DNA of 64,000 nucleotides from Myxococcota bacterium. GTDB lineage: Bacteria > Myxococcota_A > UBA9160 > SZUA-336. The stretch covers positions 2,875 to 66,874 of the forward strand of contig JBIOJK010000007.1 of assembly GCA_044450765.1 (NCBI GenBank), in the 5' to 3' direction. The notes below the pieces were generated by a model that was not told the origin of the DNA, did no database searches, and saw only the letters and a list, made by a program, of their open reading frames with translations. Positions 29,698 to 40,542 of the stretch are shown here, one piece after another. Each line of letters starts with the position of its first letter. The stretch's first letter is position 1. Both the position numbers and the translations under genes were made by a program.

Positions 29698-29737
29698 GGC
29701 TTCGCCTCACTGCGCGCGGCTTCGCCTCACTGCGCGC
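29698..29737. repeat. Perfect 20-bp tandem direct repeat (GGCTTCGCCTCACTGCGCGC x2) in a divergent promoter region
   Basis: Seen directly between the aminotransferase start (29670, minus strand) and the first DGPF gene (29834). Confidence 0.8.
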
Positions 29738-29833
29738 CGCTGCACCGCTTTCGCCGAGCGCAGAATACCTTTCTTTGGGCGCCAGCGTCGTTTCTGCGGG
29801 GGTACGCTCGTCGTAGTCGCAGGAGGGTCGAAC

Positions 29834-30532
29834 GTGGAGTTCATGCTGCTGATCGAAGACCGGCGCTCCGAGACGCAGCGCGCCTCGGTGAGCCCCGAGG
29901 AAATGGGCAAGTTCGCCCGCGAGCTCGCCGAGCGCGGCATCCTGCGCGGGGCCGCGGGCCCGCTGCGACCCGACTCCGAGGCGGCGCGGGTGCGCCTCCG
30001 GGACGGCCGGGCGGTCGTGACCGACGGCCCGTTCCCCGAGGCGAGCGAAGTGCTCGGCGGGTATTTCGTCGTCGACGTCGCGGATCGCGCGGCCGCGGTC
30101 GAGATCGCAAAGCGCTGCCCGTACGCGCGTACCGGGCTGGTCGAGGTGCGCGCCATGAAGTACTGGCGCCGATCCGAAGGGAACGGCGGCGCCGAGTTCG
30201 TGCTGCTGTACATCATGGATCCGAGCGTGACTGGACCCGACGAGCCGCGGATCGCGAAGATGATGACCGCGACCGACGAGCTGCAACGCGCCGGCACGCA
30301 CTTGGGCGGCGCGCGTCTCGAGCCCGAGATCCCGGGCACGCGCGTCGAGCTTCGCGGCGAAAGAGCGATCGTGCTGGACGGGCCGTTCGCCGAGAGCAAG
30401 GAAGTGTTCGGCGGCTTTGCCCTGATCCAGGCGGCCAGCCGCGCCGAGGCGATCGAGATCGCGCTGCGCATTCCGCACTCGGGCTGGGGCACGACCGAGG
30501 TCCGCGAAGTCGGCCGCCGGGGCGCGCCGTGA
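29834..30532 (+). CDS. YciI-like / DGPF-domain protein with two tandem DGPF domains (paralog 1)
   Basis: Two repeats of the xDGPFxExxEVxGGyxxxxxxxRxEAIExA motif. Starts MEFMLLIED (GTG). Confidence 0.7.
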   Translation: MEFMLLIEDRRSETQRASVSPEEMGKFARELAERGILRGAAGPLRPDSEAARVRLRDGRAVVTDGPFPEASEVLGGYFVVDVADRAAAVEIAKRCPYARTGLVEVRAMKYWRRSEGNGGAEFVLLYIMDPSVTGPDEPRIAKMMTATDELQRAGTHLGGARLEPEIPGTRVELRGERAIVLDGPFAESKEVFGGFALIQAASRAEAIEIALRIPHSGWGTTEVREVGRRGAP

Positions 30533-31185
30533 TTCGGCTGTACGGCAGCGCGAACACGCGCGCCTTCCGCGTGCTCTGGATGCTCGAGGAGCTCGGCGTT
30601 CCCTACCAGCTGGTGAGAGTGGACTTCGACGGCGGCGCGTCGCGCACGCCCGAGTTCTTGGCGCTGAATCCGAACGGGCGCGTCCCCGTCCTGGACGACG
30701 GCGGGCTCGTGCTGTTCGAATCACTCGCCATCAACCTGTATCTCGCCGAGAAGTACGGGAGCGACTCGCTCTGGCCGAAGGCCGCCGCGGACCGCGCGCG
30801 CGCGGTGCAGTGGTCGTTCTGGGCCATGACCGAGTGCGAGCGGAGCCTGTTCGCGGTGCTCTTCGGCTCGCGCACCGGCGAATTCGCGAAGTGGCGCGAG
30901 TGGACCGAGAGCGCCGAGTTCCGCGAGACACATCCCGGCTTCCGCATGCCGCCCGCCGACGAGGCGCACGCCGCGCTGCAGCCACCGCTGCGCGTGCTGG
31001 ACTCACACCTCGCCGCGCGCGGCAGCATGCTGGGCGGGCCGTTCTCGGCGGCGGATCTGAACGTCGCCTCGGTGCTGCTGACCGCGCGCCTCGCGCAGAT
31101 GGATCTCGCGGGTTTTCCGAGCCTCGACGCCTGGCTCACGCGCGCGATGTCGCGCGCCGCGCTCGGCGTCGCCGCGAGAAAGTGA
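30529..31185 (+). CDS. Glutathione S-transferase
   Basis: The GTG overlaps the upstream stop. GST N-domain (ESLAINLYLAE) and C-domain. Confidence 0.75.
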   Translation: MIRLYGSANTRAFRVLWMLEELGVPYQLVRVDFDGGASRTPEFLALNPNGRVPVLDDGGLVLFESLAINLYLAEKYGSDSLWPKAAADRARAVQWSFWAMTECERSLFAVLFGSRTGEFAKWREWTESAEFRETHPGFRMPPADEAHAALQPPLRVLDSHLAARGSMLGGPFSAADLNVASVLLTARLAQMDLAGFPSLDAWLTRAMSRAALGVAARK

Positions 31186-31199
31186 GCAGGAGGTCGGTC

Positions 31200-31910
31200 G
31201 TGGAATTCATGCTGTTGATCGAAGACCGTCGCGGCGAGGCGCCCCGCGCGTCCGTGAGCGTCCAGGAGATGGGCAAGTTCGCGCGCGAGCTCGGCGAGCG
31301 CGGCATCCTGCGCGGCGCCGCGGGCCCGCTGCGACCCGACTCCGAGGCCGTGCGTGTTTCGCTGAAGGGCGGTCGGGCGAGTGTGACCGACGGTCCGTTC
31401 GCCGAGGCGCGCGAGGTGGTCGGTGGGTACTTCGCGATCGATGTCGCGGATCGCGCGGCCGCGATCGAGGTCGCGGCGCTCTGCCCCTACGCGCGAGCGG
31501 GCGCGGTCGAGGTTCGCGCCATGCGCTCCATGCCGCGGGACGAGGCGACCGGCGGGCCGCAGTTCGTGCTCCTGTTTCTGCTTGCGGCGGACGCGCCGGT
31601 CCCCGACGCAGCGCGCCTGGCGGAGGGCATGGCGCAGATGCGGGCCGTCGTCGACGAGCTGCGCCGCGAGGGGAAACACCTCGCGGGCGCCGGCCTGCCG
31701 CCCGAGCCTCCGGCTGCGCGCGTCGAGATCCGCGGCGAGAAGGTGTTCGTTCGCGACGGCCCGTTCGCCGAGTCCAAGGAAGTCACTCTGGGCTTCGCGC
31801 TGGTCCAGGCGCCGAATCGCGCGGCGGCGATCGAGACCGCGAAGCGCATCCCTCACGCGGGCTGGGGATCGATCGAAGTGCGCGAAGTCGGCCCGCTGGG
31901 CGCTGCCTGA
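31200..31910 (+). CDS. YciI-like / DGPF-domain protein with two DGPF domains (paralog 2)
   Basis: GTG at 31200 after an AGGAGG RBS. Same MEFMLLIEDRRGE N-terminus and duplicated DGPF architecture. Confidence 0.7.
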   Translation: MEFMLLIEDRRGEAPRASVSVQEMGKFARELGERGILRGAAGPLRPDSEAVRVSLKGGRASVTDGPFAEAREVVGGYFAIDVADRAAAIEVAALCPYARAGAVEVRAMRSMPRDEATGGPQFVLLFLLAADAPVPDAARLAEGMAQMRAVVDELRREGKHLAGAGLPPEPPAARVEIRGEKVFVRDGPFAESKEVTLGFALVQAPNRAAAIETAKRIPHAGWGSIEVREVGPLGAA

Positions 31911-31940
31911 CTCGCGCCACGAGACACGAAGGAGAAGACC

Positions 31941-32642
31941 GTGGACTACCTGCTCTTGGTCCTGAGTCACAAAGGCGAGGCGCCGCGCGAAGAAATCGAC
32001 TTCGCCGAGATGGGGAAGTTCGCCGGCGAGCTCAGCCAGCAGGGGAAGATGCGCGGCGGCGCGCCGCTCCACCCCGAGAGCGCGGGCGCCCGGGTGAGCG
32101 TGCGCCGCGGCAAGCTGCAGACCGCCGACGGCCCCTTCGCAGAGAGCAAGGAAGTGATCGGCGGCTATTTCATGTTCGACGCGCGCGACGCGGCCGAGGC
32201 GCTCGAGATCGCCAAGCGCTGCCCCGCAGCGCGCTCCGGCTTCGTCGAGCTGCACTCGGCCATGGCGGACCGCGCCGAGTCACCGCCTTCGGCCGGCGCG
32301 AAATACATGCTGATCTTTCTGGAGGGGCCGGACTTCGGCGGCGACCCCGACGGCTCGAAGTACCGCGAGATGGAGAAGTGGACCGACGAGCTGAAGCGCG
32401 AGCGGAAATACGTCGAGTGCGCCGGCTTGCCGAAGTCGGAGCCGGGCGCGCGCGTCGAGACACGCGGCGCGAAGGTCGCGGTGACCGACGGCCCGTTCGC
32501 CGAGGCGAAGGAGATCGTCGGCGGCTATGCGGTCGTGGTGGCGGCCGCGCGCAGCGCCGCGCTCGAGCTCGCCGCGCGCTGCCCGCATGCGACTTGGGGC
32601 GTGGTCGAAGTCCGCGAGATCATGTCCGTCCCGGCGATGTGA
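31941..32642 (+). CDS. YciI-like / DGPF-domain protein with two DGPF domains (paralog 3)
   Basis: MDYLLLVLSHKGE N-terminus. Two DGPFAExKE repeats. Confidence 0.7.
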   Translation: MDYLLLVLSHKGEAPREEIDFAEMGKFAGELSQQGKMRGGAPLHPESAGARVSVRRGKLQTADGPFAESKEVIGGYFMFDARDAAEALEIAKRCPAARSGFVELHSAMADRAESPPSAGAKYMLIFLEGPDFGGDPDGSKYREMEKWTDELKRERKYVECAGLPKSEPGARVETRGAKVAVTDGPFAEAKEIVGGYAVVVAAARSAALELAARCPHATWGVVEVREIMSVPAM

Positions 32643-33472
32643 TGGCCGCGAGCGAGGCTCCCAGCTTCGACCTCGGACGGACACTGCGGGTCGAGCGCGT
32701 GTCGGCGGGCGAGTTCACGGCGTCGCTCGAGAACGCGTTCGGCCGGGCGCAGCTCAATGACCTGCTCGCGCGCGCGGCGCTCGCCGCCTGCGAGACCGCG
32801 GGAGAGCTTCCACTGGTGCAGCTCTCCGCGACTTACCTGCGGCCGCCGCCGTGCAGTGTGGCCCTCCGGCTCGCGGTCGAGTCGCTCGACGACGGCGCGG
32901 GCCAGGCGCTCCGGCGCGTGCGTGTCTCGGGCGACGCTCTCTTCGCGGAGGTGACTGCCAGCTTCGCGCGCGCCGGCACGGGGCCCGACTTCGGACCGCC
33001 GCTCCCGGACGGCTTGCCGAAGCCCGAGGACCTGCCCAGCACGCTCGAGGTCGCGCGCGCGGAGTGCTGGGAGGAGTACGCGGCGGGTCCGATCGGGTTC
33101 CGGCGCGTCAATCGCGTCTGGCCGCCGCCGCCCGAAGAGCGACTGTCTCCGCACCGCGAGTGGCTGCGGCCGCGCGCCCCGCTGCCGCCGGATCCACGCG
33201 TGCACACGGCGGCGCTCGCCTTCGCGAGTCAGTTCTACTCGCAATGGGCGTTCGAGTGGCGGACCGGTCCGGGCTTCGCGCACGAGCGCTTCGAGATCCT
33301 CGATCACTCGCTCTGGGTCCACGGGCCCGTGCGCTGGGACGATTGGTGGCTGCTCGACGCGATCTGCGACGTGAGTCGCGGCGGCCGCGCGCTGGCCCAC
33401 CGCCGCATCTTCGCGCGCGACGGCAGGCTGCTCGCGTCGATCACTCACGCGGGAAGAATCTCGCTTCGCTGA
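32642..33472 (+). CDS. Acyl-CoA thioesterase II-like (double hot-dog) protein
   Basis: ATG overlapping the upstream TGA. TesB-like length and conserved C-terminal region. Assignment is tentative. Confidence 0.45.
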   Translation: MAASEAPSFDLGRTLRVERVSAGEFTASLENAFGRAQLNDLLARAALAACETAGELPLVQLSATYLRPPPCSVALRLAVESLDDGAGQALRRVRVSGDALFAEVTASFARAGTGPDFGPPLPDGLPKPEDLPSTLEVARAECWEEYAAGPIGFRRVNRVWPPPPEERLSPHREWLRPRAPLPPDPRVHTAALAFASQFYSQWAFEWRTGPGFAHERFEILDHSLWVHGPVRWDDWWLLDAICDVSRGGRALAHRRIFARDGRLLASITHAGRISLR

Positions 33473-33566
33473 CGTGCCCCAGGCCGAGCGCTGAGCGAGG
33501 ACCGGGGCGACGGATGATGCGGACCGCGCGGCGGCCCTCGCCCGAGCGCTCGGCGATTTCAGTGGG

Positions 33567-34142
33567 TCAGTTGTCGGGGGCTTCGAAGCCGGTGACCGCG
33601 AACCACTTGTCTTCGGAGCCGGCCATGATGAACACGACCGGCGCGACGCACGGATTGGGCAGCGTCAGCTTCGCGTTGATCACGGAGTTGCCGTTCGCGT
33701 CCGCGGGGAATCCGACGCTGGTGACGTTCGCCGTGGGCGTCGCGGCGCCGTCTTCCGTCAGGCAGCTCACGAGCCCGCGGAACTGCGCCTCGTCGTTCTT
33801 CCCGCGCAGCTCGGGCGGCACCGAGGGATCGTCCTTGAAGACGAGGCCTCTCACGTTGATGAAGAGATGTCCCGAGGTCGTCAGGAATCCGCGCACGGAC
33901 TTCGCGACTTCCCACGGGGCCTCGTCGCCAACCACGCCGCGGATCGGGTTCGCGTCGCCGATGAAGCCGCCGTCCACCCCGTACATCGAGTGGAACGAGA
34001 GCATGAGGCGCGGAATCTCGGGCTTCTTGTGCTCGCCGCCGCCTCCCATGCCCATGCTGATGATGCCGTGGTCCGCAGACGCGGAAGCCGTCAGGAACGC
34101 GGCGAGAGTGAGTGTCAGACCGGTCGCGATGATGCTGCGCAT
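33567..34142 (-). CDS. Secreted hypothetical protein
   Basis: Signal peptide, Gly-rich, coding-like. No domain recognised. Confidence 0.45.
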   Translation of the reverse strand: MRSIIATGLTLTLAAFLTASASADHGIISMGMGGGGEHKKPEIPRLMLSFHSMYGVDGGFIGDANPIRGVVGDEAPWEVAKSVRGFLTTSGHLFINVRGLVFKDDPSVPPELRGKNDEAQFRGLVSCLTEDGAATPTANVTSVGFPADANGNSVINAKLTLPNPCVAPVVFIMAGSEDKWFAVTGFEAPDN

Positions 34143-34229
34143 GAACCCTCCATCCGCGGTAGCGCCGCGGGACTAGGGGAGTACGACGCGGCGGGGGTTG
34201 CAGATTCCGCGCGTGGTAGAGTCGCAGAG

Positions 34230-35762
34230 ATGTCGCCGTCGACGCGGATCCCGCACGCGGCCGCGCCGTACAACGCGGGTGCCGATCTGCTCGTGTCGGC
34301 CGCGCGGCGAGGTGGTGACACAGTCGTGCGCTGTGACGGCGTCGCGACGAGCGGTGAGTCGCTCGCTGCGGGTGCGCTCGCGCTGCAGGCGGGACTCGGC
34401 GCGCGCGGTGTCTCGCCCGGTGAGCGCGTTCTCATTCTGCTGCGCGACACGCCCGCGTTCGTCATGGCGTTCACGGGCGCGCTGCGAGGCGGATTCGTGC
34501 CCGTCCCGCTCTCGACGTCGCTGCCCGCCAAGGACGCGTCGTTCATTGCCCGCGACGCCGGAGTGCGCGCCGCCCTCGTCGATCGCTCACTGCCCGCACT
34601 CGCCGATCCGGCCCTGTATCCCCCAGGCGCCGCGCTGATTCACGCCGGCGTCTCGAGCTTCGAGGGAGTCTCGCCCGGCGCGGAGCCCGACGCGGCGCCG
34701 ACCCTCGCCGGTGACCGGGCGTTCTTCCTGTACACGTCGGGCACCACGGGCGAGCCGAAGGGCGCCGTGCACCGGCACGTCGATCTGCCGGTCACCGCCG
34801 AGTGTTACGCGCGCGATTTGCTCGAGCTCGGTCCGGGCGACCGCGTGCTCTCCGCCGCCAAGCTGCACTTCGCGTACGGGCTCGGCAACTCACTCACCTT
34901 TCCGCTCGCGCTCGGCGCCGAGGTGGTGCTCGCGCCGGAGCGCGCGACGCCGGAGGCGGTCTTTGCGCTGATCGCGCGCGAGCAGCCCAGCGTATTCTTC
35001 GGCGTGCCGACCTTGTACGCCGCCATGCTCGCGCACCCGGAGCCGCCCGCGAGCCTCGGCCGCGTGCGCGTCTGTGTTTCGGCAGGCGAAGCGCTGCCCG
35101 CCGCGCTGTACCAGCGCTGGCTGACACAGTTCGGTGTCGAGATCCTCGACGGGCTCGGCAGCACGGAGATGCTCCACGTCTTTCTGTCGAACCGACCGGG
35201 CGCCGCGCGCGCAGGCTCGTGCGGCGTGCCGGTTTCGGGCTACGAGCTGCGCGTTGTGGACGGCGACGGCAACGACGTCCCGGACGGCGAGATCGGCACG
35301 CTGCTCGCGCGCGGCGAGAGCGCGGCGCGCGCGTATCACGAGCGGCCCGCGGACACCGCGCGCACCATGTTCGCGCCGGGCTGGCTGCGCACCGGCGACA
35401 GCGTTCGCCGCGACGGCGACGGATTCTACTGGCACGCGGGCCGCAGCGACGACCTGATCAAGGTGAGCGGCTCGTACGTCTCGCCGATCGAGGTCGAGGC
35501 GCTGCTCGCAGAGCACCCGTCGGTGCTCGAGGCCGCCGTCGTCGGCGAGCCCGACGCGAGCGGTCTCACCAAGCCGCGCGCGTTCGTGGTGCTGGCCCCC
35601 GGAGCGCAGCCGAGCGAGCGGCTGGCGCGCGAGCTGCAGGAGTTCGTGAAGGCGAACAGCGCGCCGCACAAGTATCCTCGGCGCGTGGACTTCGTCGACG
35701 AGCTGCCGAAGACGGCGACCGGCAAGATCCGCCGCCACTTGCTGCGCGAGAAGCGGCCGTGA
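34230..35762 (+). CDS. Benzoate-CoA ligase family (aromatic acid-CoA ligase, AMP-binding)
   Basis: AMP-binding motif FLYTSGTTGEPKG. C-terminal GWLRTGD...KVSG and PKTATGKI. Directly upstream of boxC/boxB. Confidence 0.8.
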   Translation: MSPSTRIPHAAAPYNAGADLLVSAARRGGDTVVRCDGVATSGESLAAGALALQAGLGARGVSPGERVLILLRDTPAFVMAFTGALRGGFVPVPLSTSLPAKDASFIARDAGVRAALVDRSLPALADPALYPPGAALIHAGVSSFEGVSPGAEPDAAPTLAGDRAFFLYTSGTTGEPKGAVHRHVDLPVTAECYARDLLELGPGDRVLSAAKLHFAYGLGNSLTFPLALGAEVVLAPERATPEAVFALIAREQPSVFFGVPTLYAAMLAHPEPPASLGRVRVCVSAGEALPAALYQRWLTQFGVEILDGLGSTEMLHVFLSNRPGAARAGSCGVPVSGYELRVVDGDGNDVPDGEIGTLLARGESAARAYHERPADTARTMFAPGWLRTGDSVRRDGDGFYWHAGRSDDLIKVSGSYVSPIEVEALLAEHPSVLEAAVVGEPDASGLTKPRAFVVLAPGAQPSERLARELQEFVKANSAPHKYPRRVDFVDELPKTATGKIRRHLLREKRP

Positions 35763-37362
35763 GCAGGTCGAGCGACGGCGTGCCGCGCGAGCTCGAGACC
35801 GCGCCCGAGCGCTATCGCCACTGGCGGCTCGTGGTCGACGGCCCGCTCGCGCGACTCACCCTGGCGGTCGACGAGGGCGGCGCGCTGGCCGACGGGGTGA
35901 CGCTCAAGCGCAACAGCTACGACCTCGGCGTCGATCTCGAGCTGCGCGACGCGGTCACCCGCCTGCGCTTCGAGCACCCCGCGGTGCGCTGCGTGGTGGT
36001 CGAGAGCGCGCTCGCCGACGTGTTCTGCGCGGGTGCGAACATCGCCATGCTGGCCCGCTCGTCGCACCCGCTGAAGGTGAACTTCTGCAAGCTCACGAAC
36101 GAGACGCGGCTCGAGATCGAGGCGGCGACGCGCGCGGGACAGCGCTGGATCGCGGCGCTCGCCGGCACCGCGAGCGGGGGCGGCTACGAGCTCGCGCTCG
36201 CCTGCGAGCGCATTCTGCTCGTCGACGATCGCCGGGCCGCCGTGAGTCTGCCCGAGCTGCCGCTGCTGGCCGTGCTGCCAGGCACCGGCGGACTCACTCG
36301 GCTCGTCGACAAGCGCCGCGTTCGGAAGGACGTGGCGGATCTGTTCTGCACCACGGAAGAGGGTGTGCGCGCGCCGCGCGCGCTGGCCTGGGGGCTGGTC
36401 GACGCGATCGCGGCGCCGAGCGAGTTCCGCGCGCTGGTGGAGCGCGAGGTCGCGGTCGCCCTGGCCGACGAGGCGCCGGCGCGCCCGCTGCGCGGCGTTT
36501 CGCTCGAGTCACTCGACCCGGAAGTGACTTCGCGGGGGATCCGCTACCGGCACGTCGAAGTGAGCCTCGATCCGGAGCGGCGCGTCGCAGAGATCCGGTT
36601 GCTGCTTCCAGGCGGCGGGGTCCCGGAGATGCTGCGGATCGCGCGCGAGCTCGACGACGCGATTCTGCGCCTGCGCCTCCACCATCCCGAGCTGGGTCTG
36701 TGGCTGCTGCGAGTCAGCGGCGACCCGGCGCACGCGCGCGCGCTCGACCGCGCGCTGCTCGGCGACGGCTGGCTCGCGGGCGAGGTGCGCGCTCTCTGGG
36801 GCCGCGTGCTGAAGCGGATCGAGAACTCGGCGCGCTCGAGCTTCGCGCTGGCCGACGCGGGCAGCTGCTTCGCGGGCGCGTTCCTCGAGCTCGCGCTCGC
36901 CGCGGACCGCTGCTACATGCTGCGCGGCGCGGAGAGCGCGCCGGCGCTCGAGCTCGGCGCGGCGAACTTCGGCGCTTATCGGATGGCCAACGGACTCACT
37001 CGCCTCGAGACTCGCTTCCTGGGTGCGGCCGAGAGAGTCGCGGCGCTGCGTTCCGAGACTTCTCCCGTCGACGCGGAGCGCGCCGTCGAGCTCGGCCTGG
37101 TGACCGAGGCGCTCGACGAGATCGACTGGGCCGACTCGCTGCGCGTCGCGATCGAGGAGCGCGCGAGCTTCTCGCCCGACGCGCTGACCGGCATGGAGGC
37201 CAGTCTGCGCTTCCCCGGGCCCGAGACGCTCGAGACCAAGATCTTCGCGCGCCTCTCGGCGTGGCAGAATTGGATCTTCCAGCGCCCCAACGCCGCCGGG
37301 CCCGACGGCGCGCTGCGCGCCTACGGACGCCCGGAGCGGGCGAAGTTCGATTGGAAGCGCAC

Positions 37363-37366
<4 letters not shown>
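35759..37366 (+). CDS. boxC: Benzoyl-CoA-dihydrodiol lyase (BoxC-like, crotonase superfamily)
   Basis: About 535 aa, crotonase-like (FCAGANI), with the GTG overlapping the ligase stop. Assigned from its position before boxB and its BoxC-like length. Confidence 0.65.
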
Positions 37367-38781
<1,415 letters not shown>

Positions 38782-38865
38782 GCGGTCCGCTGGGGCCGAC
38801 GCGTAAAGCTGGCTTGCCCCCCGGTCGATCGGAGAGCGCAACCAGCGGGCGGAGGCGAGGCGGAC

Positions 38866-39288
38866 GTGGCGCAGAGGACGCTCTTCAGCATCGATGGCAC
38901 GATCTCGGTCGACCATTGCCCCGGGGAGCGCGCGCTGATCGGCCACTGGCAGTCATTGTGCTCTCCGCAGTTCCGCGCGGCGCTCGAGAAAGCGATGGCC
39001 GAGGCCGGACGCGTCGGAGCAGTCACTTGGATCGTGGACCTGACCTCGAATCCGGGCGTCCCGTCGCAGGCGGACCTCGCGTGGATCGAGTCGACCGCGG
39101 TCATGCTCGCCAAGCGCAACGGCGTGCGCGCGATCGTGAACGTGCACGGCGCGAGTCAGGTGGCGACGATGGGCTCGAAGCGCTGGTCGAAGAGCGCCAG
39201 CGACGGCGGCATGTCCACGTACGACTGCGCCAGTCTCAGCGACGCGCTGCAGCTCGCGTCCGACATCGCGAGCGGCAAAGCAGCCTGA
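38866..39288 (+). CDS. Hypothetical protein
   Basis: 140 aa, coding-like. No domain recognised. Confidence 0.4.
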   Translation: MAQRTLFSIDGTISVDHCPGERALIGHWQSLCSPQFRAALEKAMAEAGRVGAVTWIVDLTSNPGVPSQADLAWIESTAVMLAKRNGVRAIVNVHGASQVATMGSKRWSKSASDGGMSTYDCASLSDALQLASDIASGKAA

Positions 39289-39386
39289 GCGAAGCCTTCG
39301 TCGGCCCACCCGAGGCACGCCGCAGGCGTGCGGTGCAGCAGCGCGGCTTCACCGCGCGATTCCCCGCTTGGGTTAGACTCGCGCGC

Positions 39387-40520
39387 ATGAAACTCGAGGG
39401 CTTCTGCGCGGATCGGTTCGGGCCCGTGCGCGACGCGTTCATCGCCAACTTCGCGGCGGGGAACGAAGTCGGCGCGTGCGTGTGCGTGACGCAGGACGGC
39501 GTGCCGGTCGTCGACCTGTGGGCCGGCGAGGCCGTGAAGGGCGTGGCGCCCTGGAAACGCGACACGATCGTGAACGTGTACTCGACCACGAAGACGATGG
39601 CGTCGCTCTGCGTGCTGATGCTCGCGGACCGAGGCGCCGTGGACTTACACGCTCCGGTGTCGCGCTACTGGCCGGAGTTCGCGCAGAACGGGAAAGAGGG
39701 CGTGCTGGTGCGGCACGTCATGAGTCACAGCGCCGGTCTGTCCGGCTTCGATCCGCCGCTCACGCGCGTGGAAGAGCTGTACGACTGGGACGCCATCGCG
39801 CGAAGACTGGCGGCGCAGAAGCCCTGGTGGACGCCCGGCGAAGGCTCGGGCTACCACGCGATCACGCAGGGCTTCCTGCAGGGCGAGATCGTGCGGCGAG
39901 TCACCGGCCAATCCATCGGGACCTTCTTCCGCGAAGAGGTCGCGGAGCCGCTCGGCGCAGACTTCCATATCGGCCTGGCGCCCGAGCATGACGCCCGCCT
40001 TGCGGAGCTCGTGCCACCGCCCGGCGGTCTCGCCCGCATCCCGACGGCTCCCGACTCGATCGGCCTGCGCACGATGCAGAGCTGCCCGCTCGACGGCACC
40101 GAGCCGCGCACGACCGGCTGGCGGCGCGCCGAGATTCCCGCCGGCGGCGGCGTCGGCAACGCACGCTCGATCGCGCGCGTGCACTCCGCGCTCGCCTGCG
40201 GCGGCGCGGTCGACGGCGTGCGACTCATGTCGGAAGCCGGCGTGCGCCGCGTGCTCGAAGAGCAGACCAACGGGATCGACCGAGTCATGAACGGCCCGGT
40301 CCGCTTCGGCATGGGCTTCGGCCTGGCGATTCCCGGCATGCCGCTCAGCCCCAACCCGAACACGTTCTTCTGGGGCGGCTGGGGAGGATCACTCGCCATC
40401 ATCGACCTCGACGCGCGCGTCTCGATCGCCTACGCGATGAACCGCATGGCGCCCGACATGATGGGCGACGTCCGCGGCGGCATGATCGTGCTCTCGACTT
40501 ACAAGTCACTGGCGGACTGA
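39387..40520 (+). CDS. Serine hydrolase (beta-lactamase class C / EstB-like esterase family)
   Basis: SxxK motif YSTTK. The C-terminal WGGWGGS motif typical of transpeptidase-fold hydrolases is also present. Confidence 0.8.
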   Translation: MKLEGFCADRFGPVRDAFIANFAAGNEVGACVCVTQDGVPVVDLWAGEAVKGVAPWKRDTIVNVYSTTKTMASLCVLMLADRGAVDLHAPVSRYWPEFAQNGKEGVLVRHVMSHSAGLSGFDPPLTRVEELYDWDAIARRLAAQKPWWTPGEGSGYHAITQGFLQGEIVRRVTGQSIGTFFREEVAEPLGADFHIGLAPEHDARLAELVPPPGGLARIPTAPDSIGLRTMQSCPLDGTEPRTTGWRRAEIPAGGGVGNARSIARVHSALACGGAVDGVRLMSEAGVRRVLEEQTNGIDRVMNGPVRFGMGFGLAIPGMPLSPNPNTFFWGGWGGSLAIIDLDARVSIAYAMNRMAPDMMGDVRGGMIVLSTYKSLAD

Positions 40521-40542
40521 GCTGAGGCCGCTCCGGCTCTAC

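Noticed and set aside
29698-29737. Possibility that the 20-bp tandem repeat is a CRISPR or minisatellite array
   Set aside because: Only two units, no spacers and no cas genes. It is better interpreted as an operator or a local duplication.
28964-32255. 586-aa and 550-aa minus-strand ORFs across the aminotransferase, DGPF and GST region
   Set aside because: Antisense artefacts. The plus-strand products have DGPF and GST motifs and tight operon spacing.
33473-33566. 12-bp palindrome CCGAGCGCTCGG in the convergent intergenic region as a terminator
   Set aside because: The stem is short and there is no flanking T-run. Support is too weak to call.
34802-35758. 5' extension of the 854-aa ORF upstream of the BoxC start
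   Set aside because: It overlaps the benzoate-CoA ligase in another frame and is Arg/Ala-rich. A GTG at 35759 overlapping the ligase stop gives a BoxC-sized product.
36700-37362. 5' extension of the 693-aa ORF upstream of BoxB
   Set aside because: Out-of-frame overlap with boxC. The BoxB N-terminal signature (SxRIPNNV) begins at the TTG at 37363.
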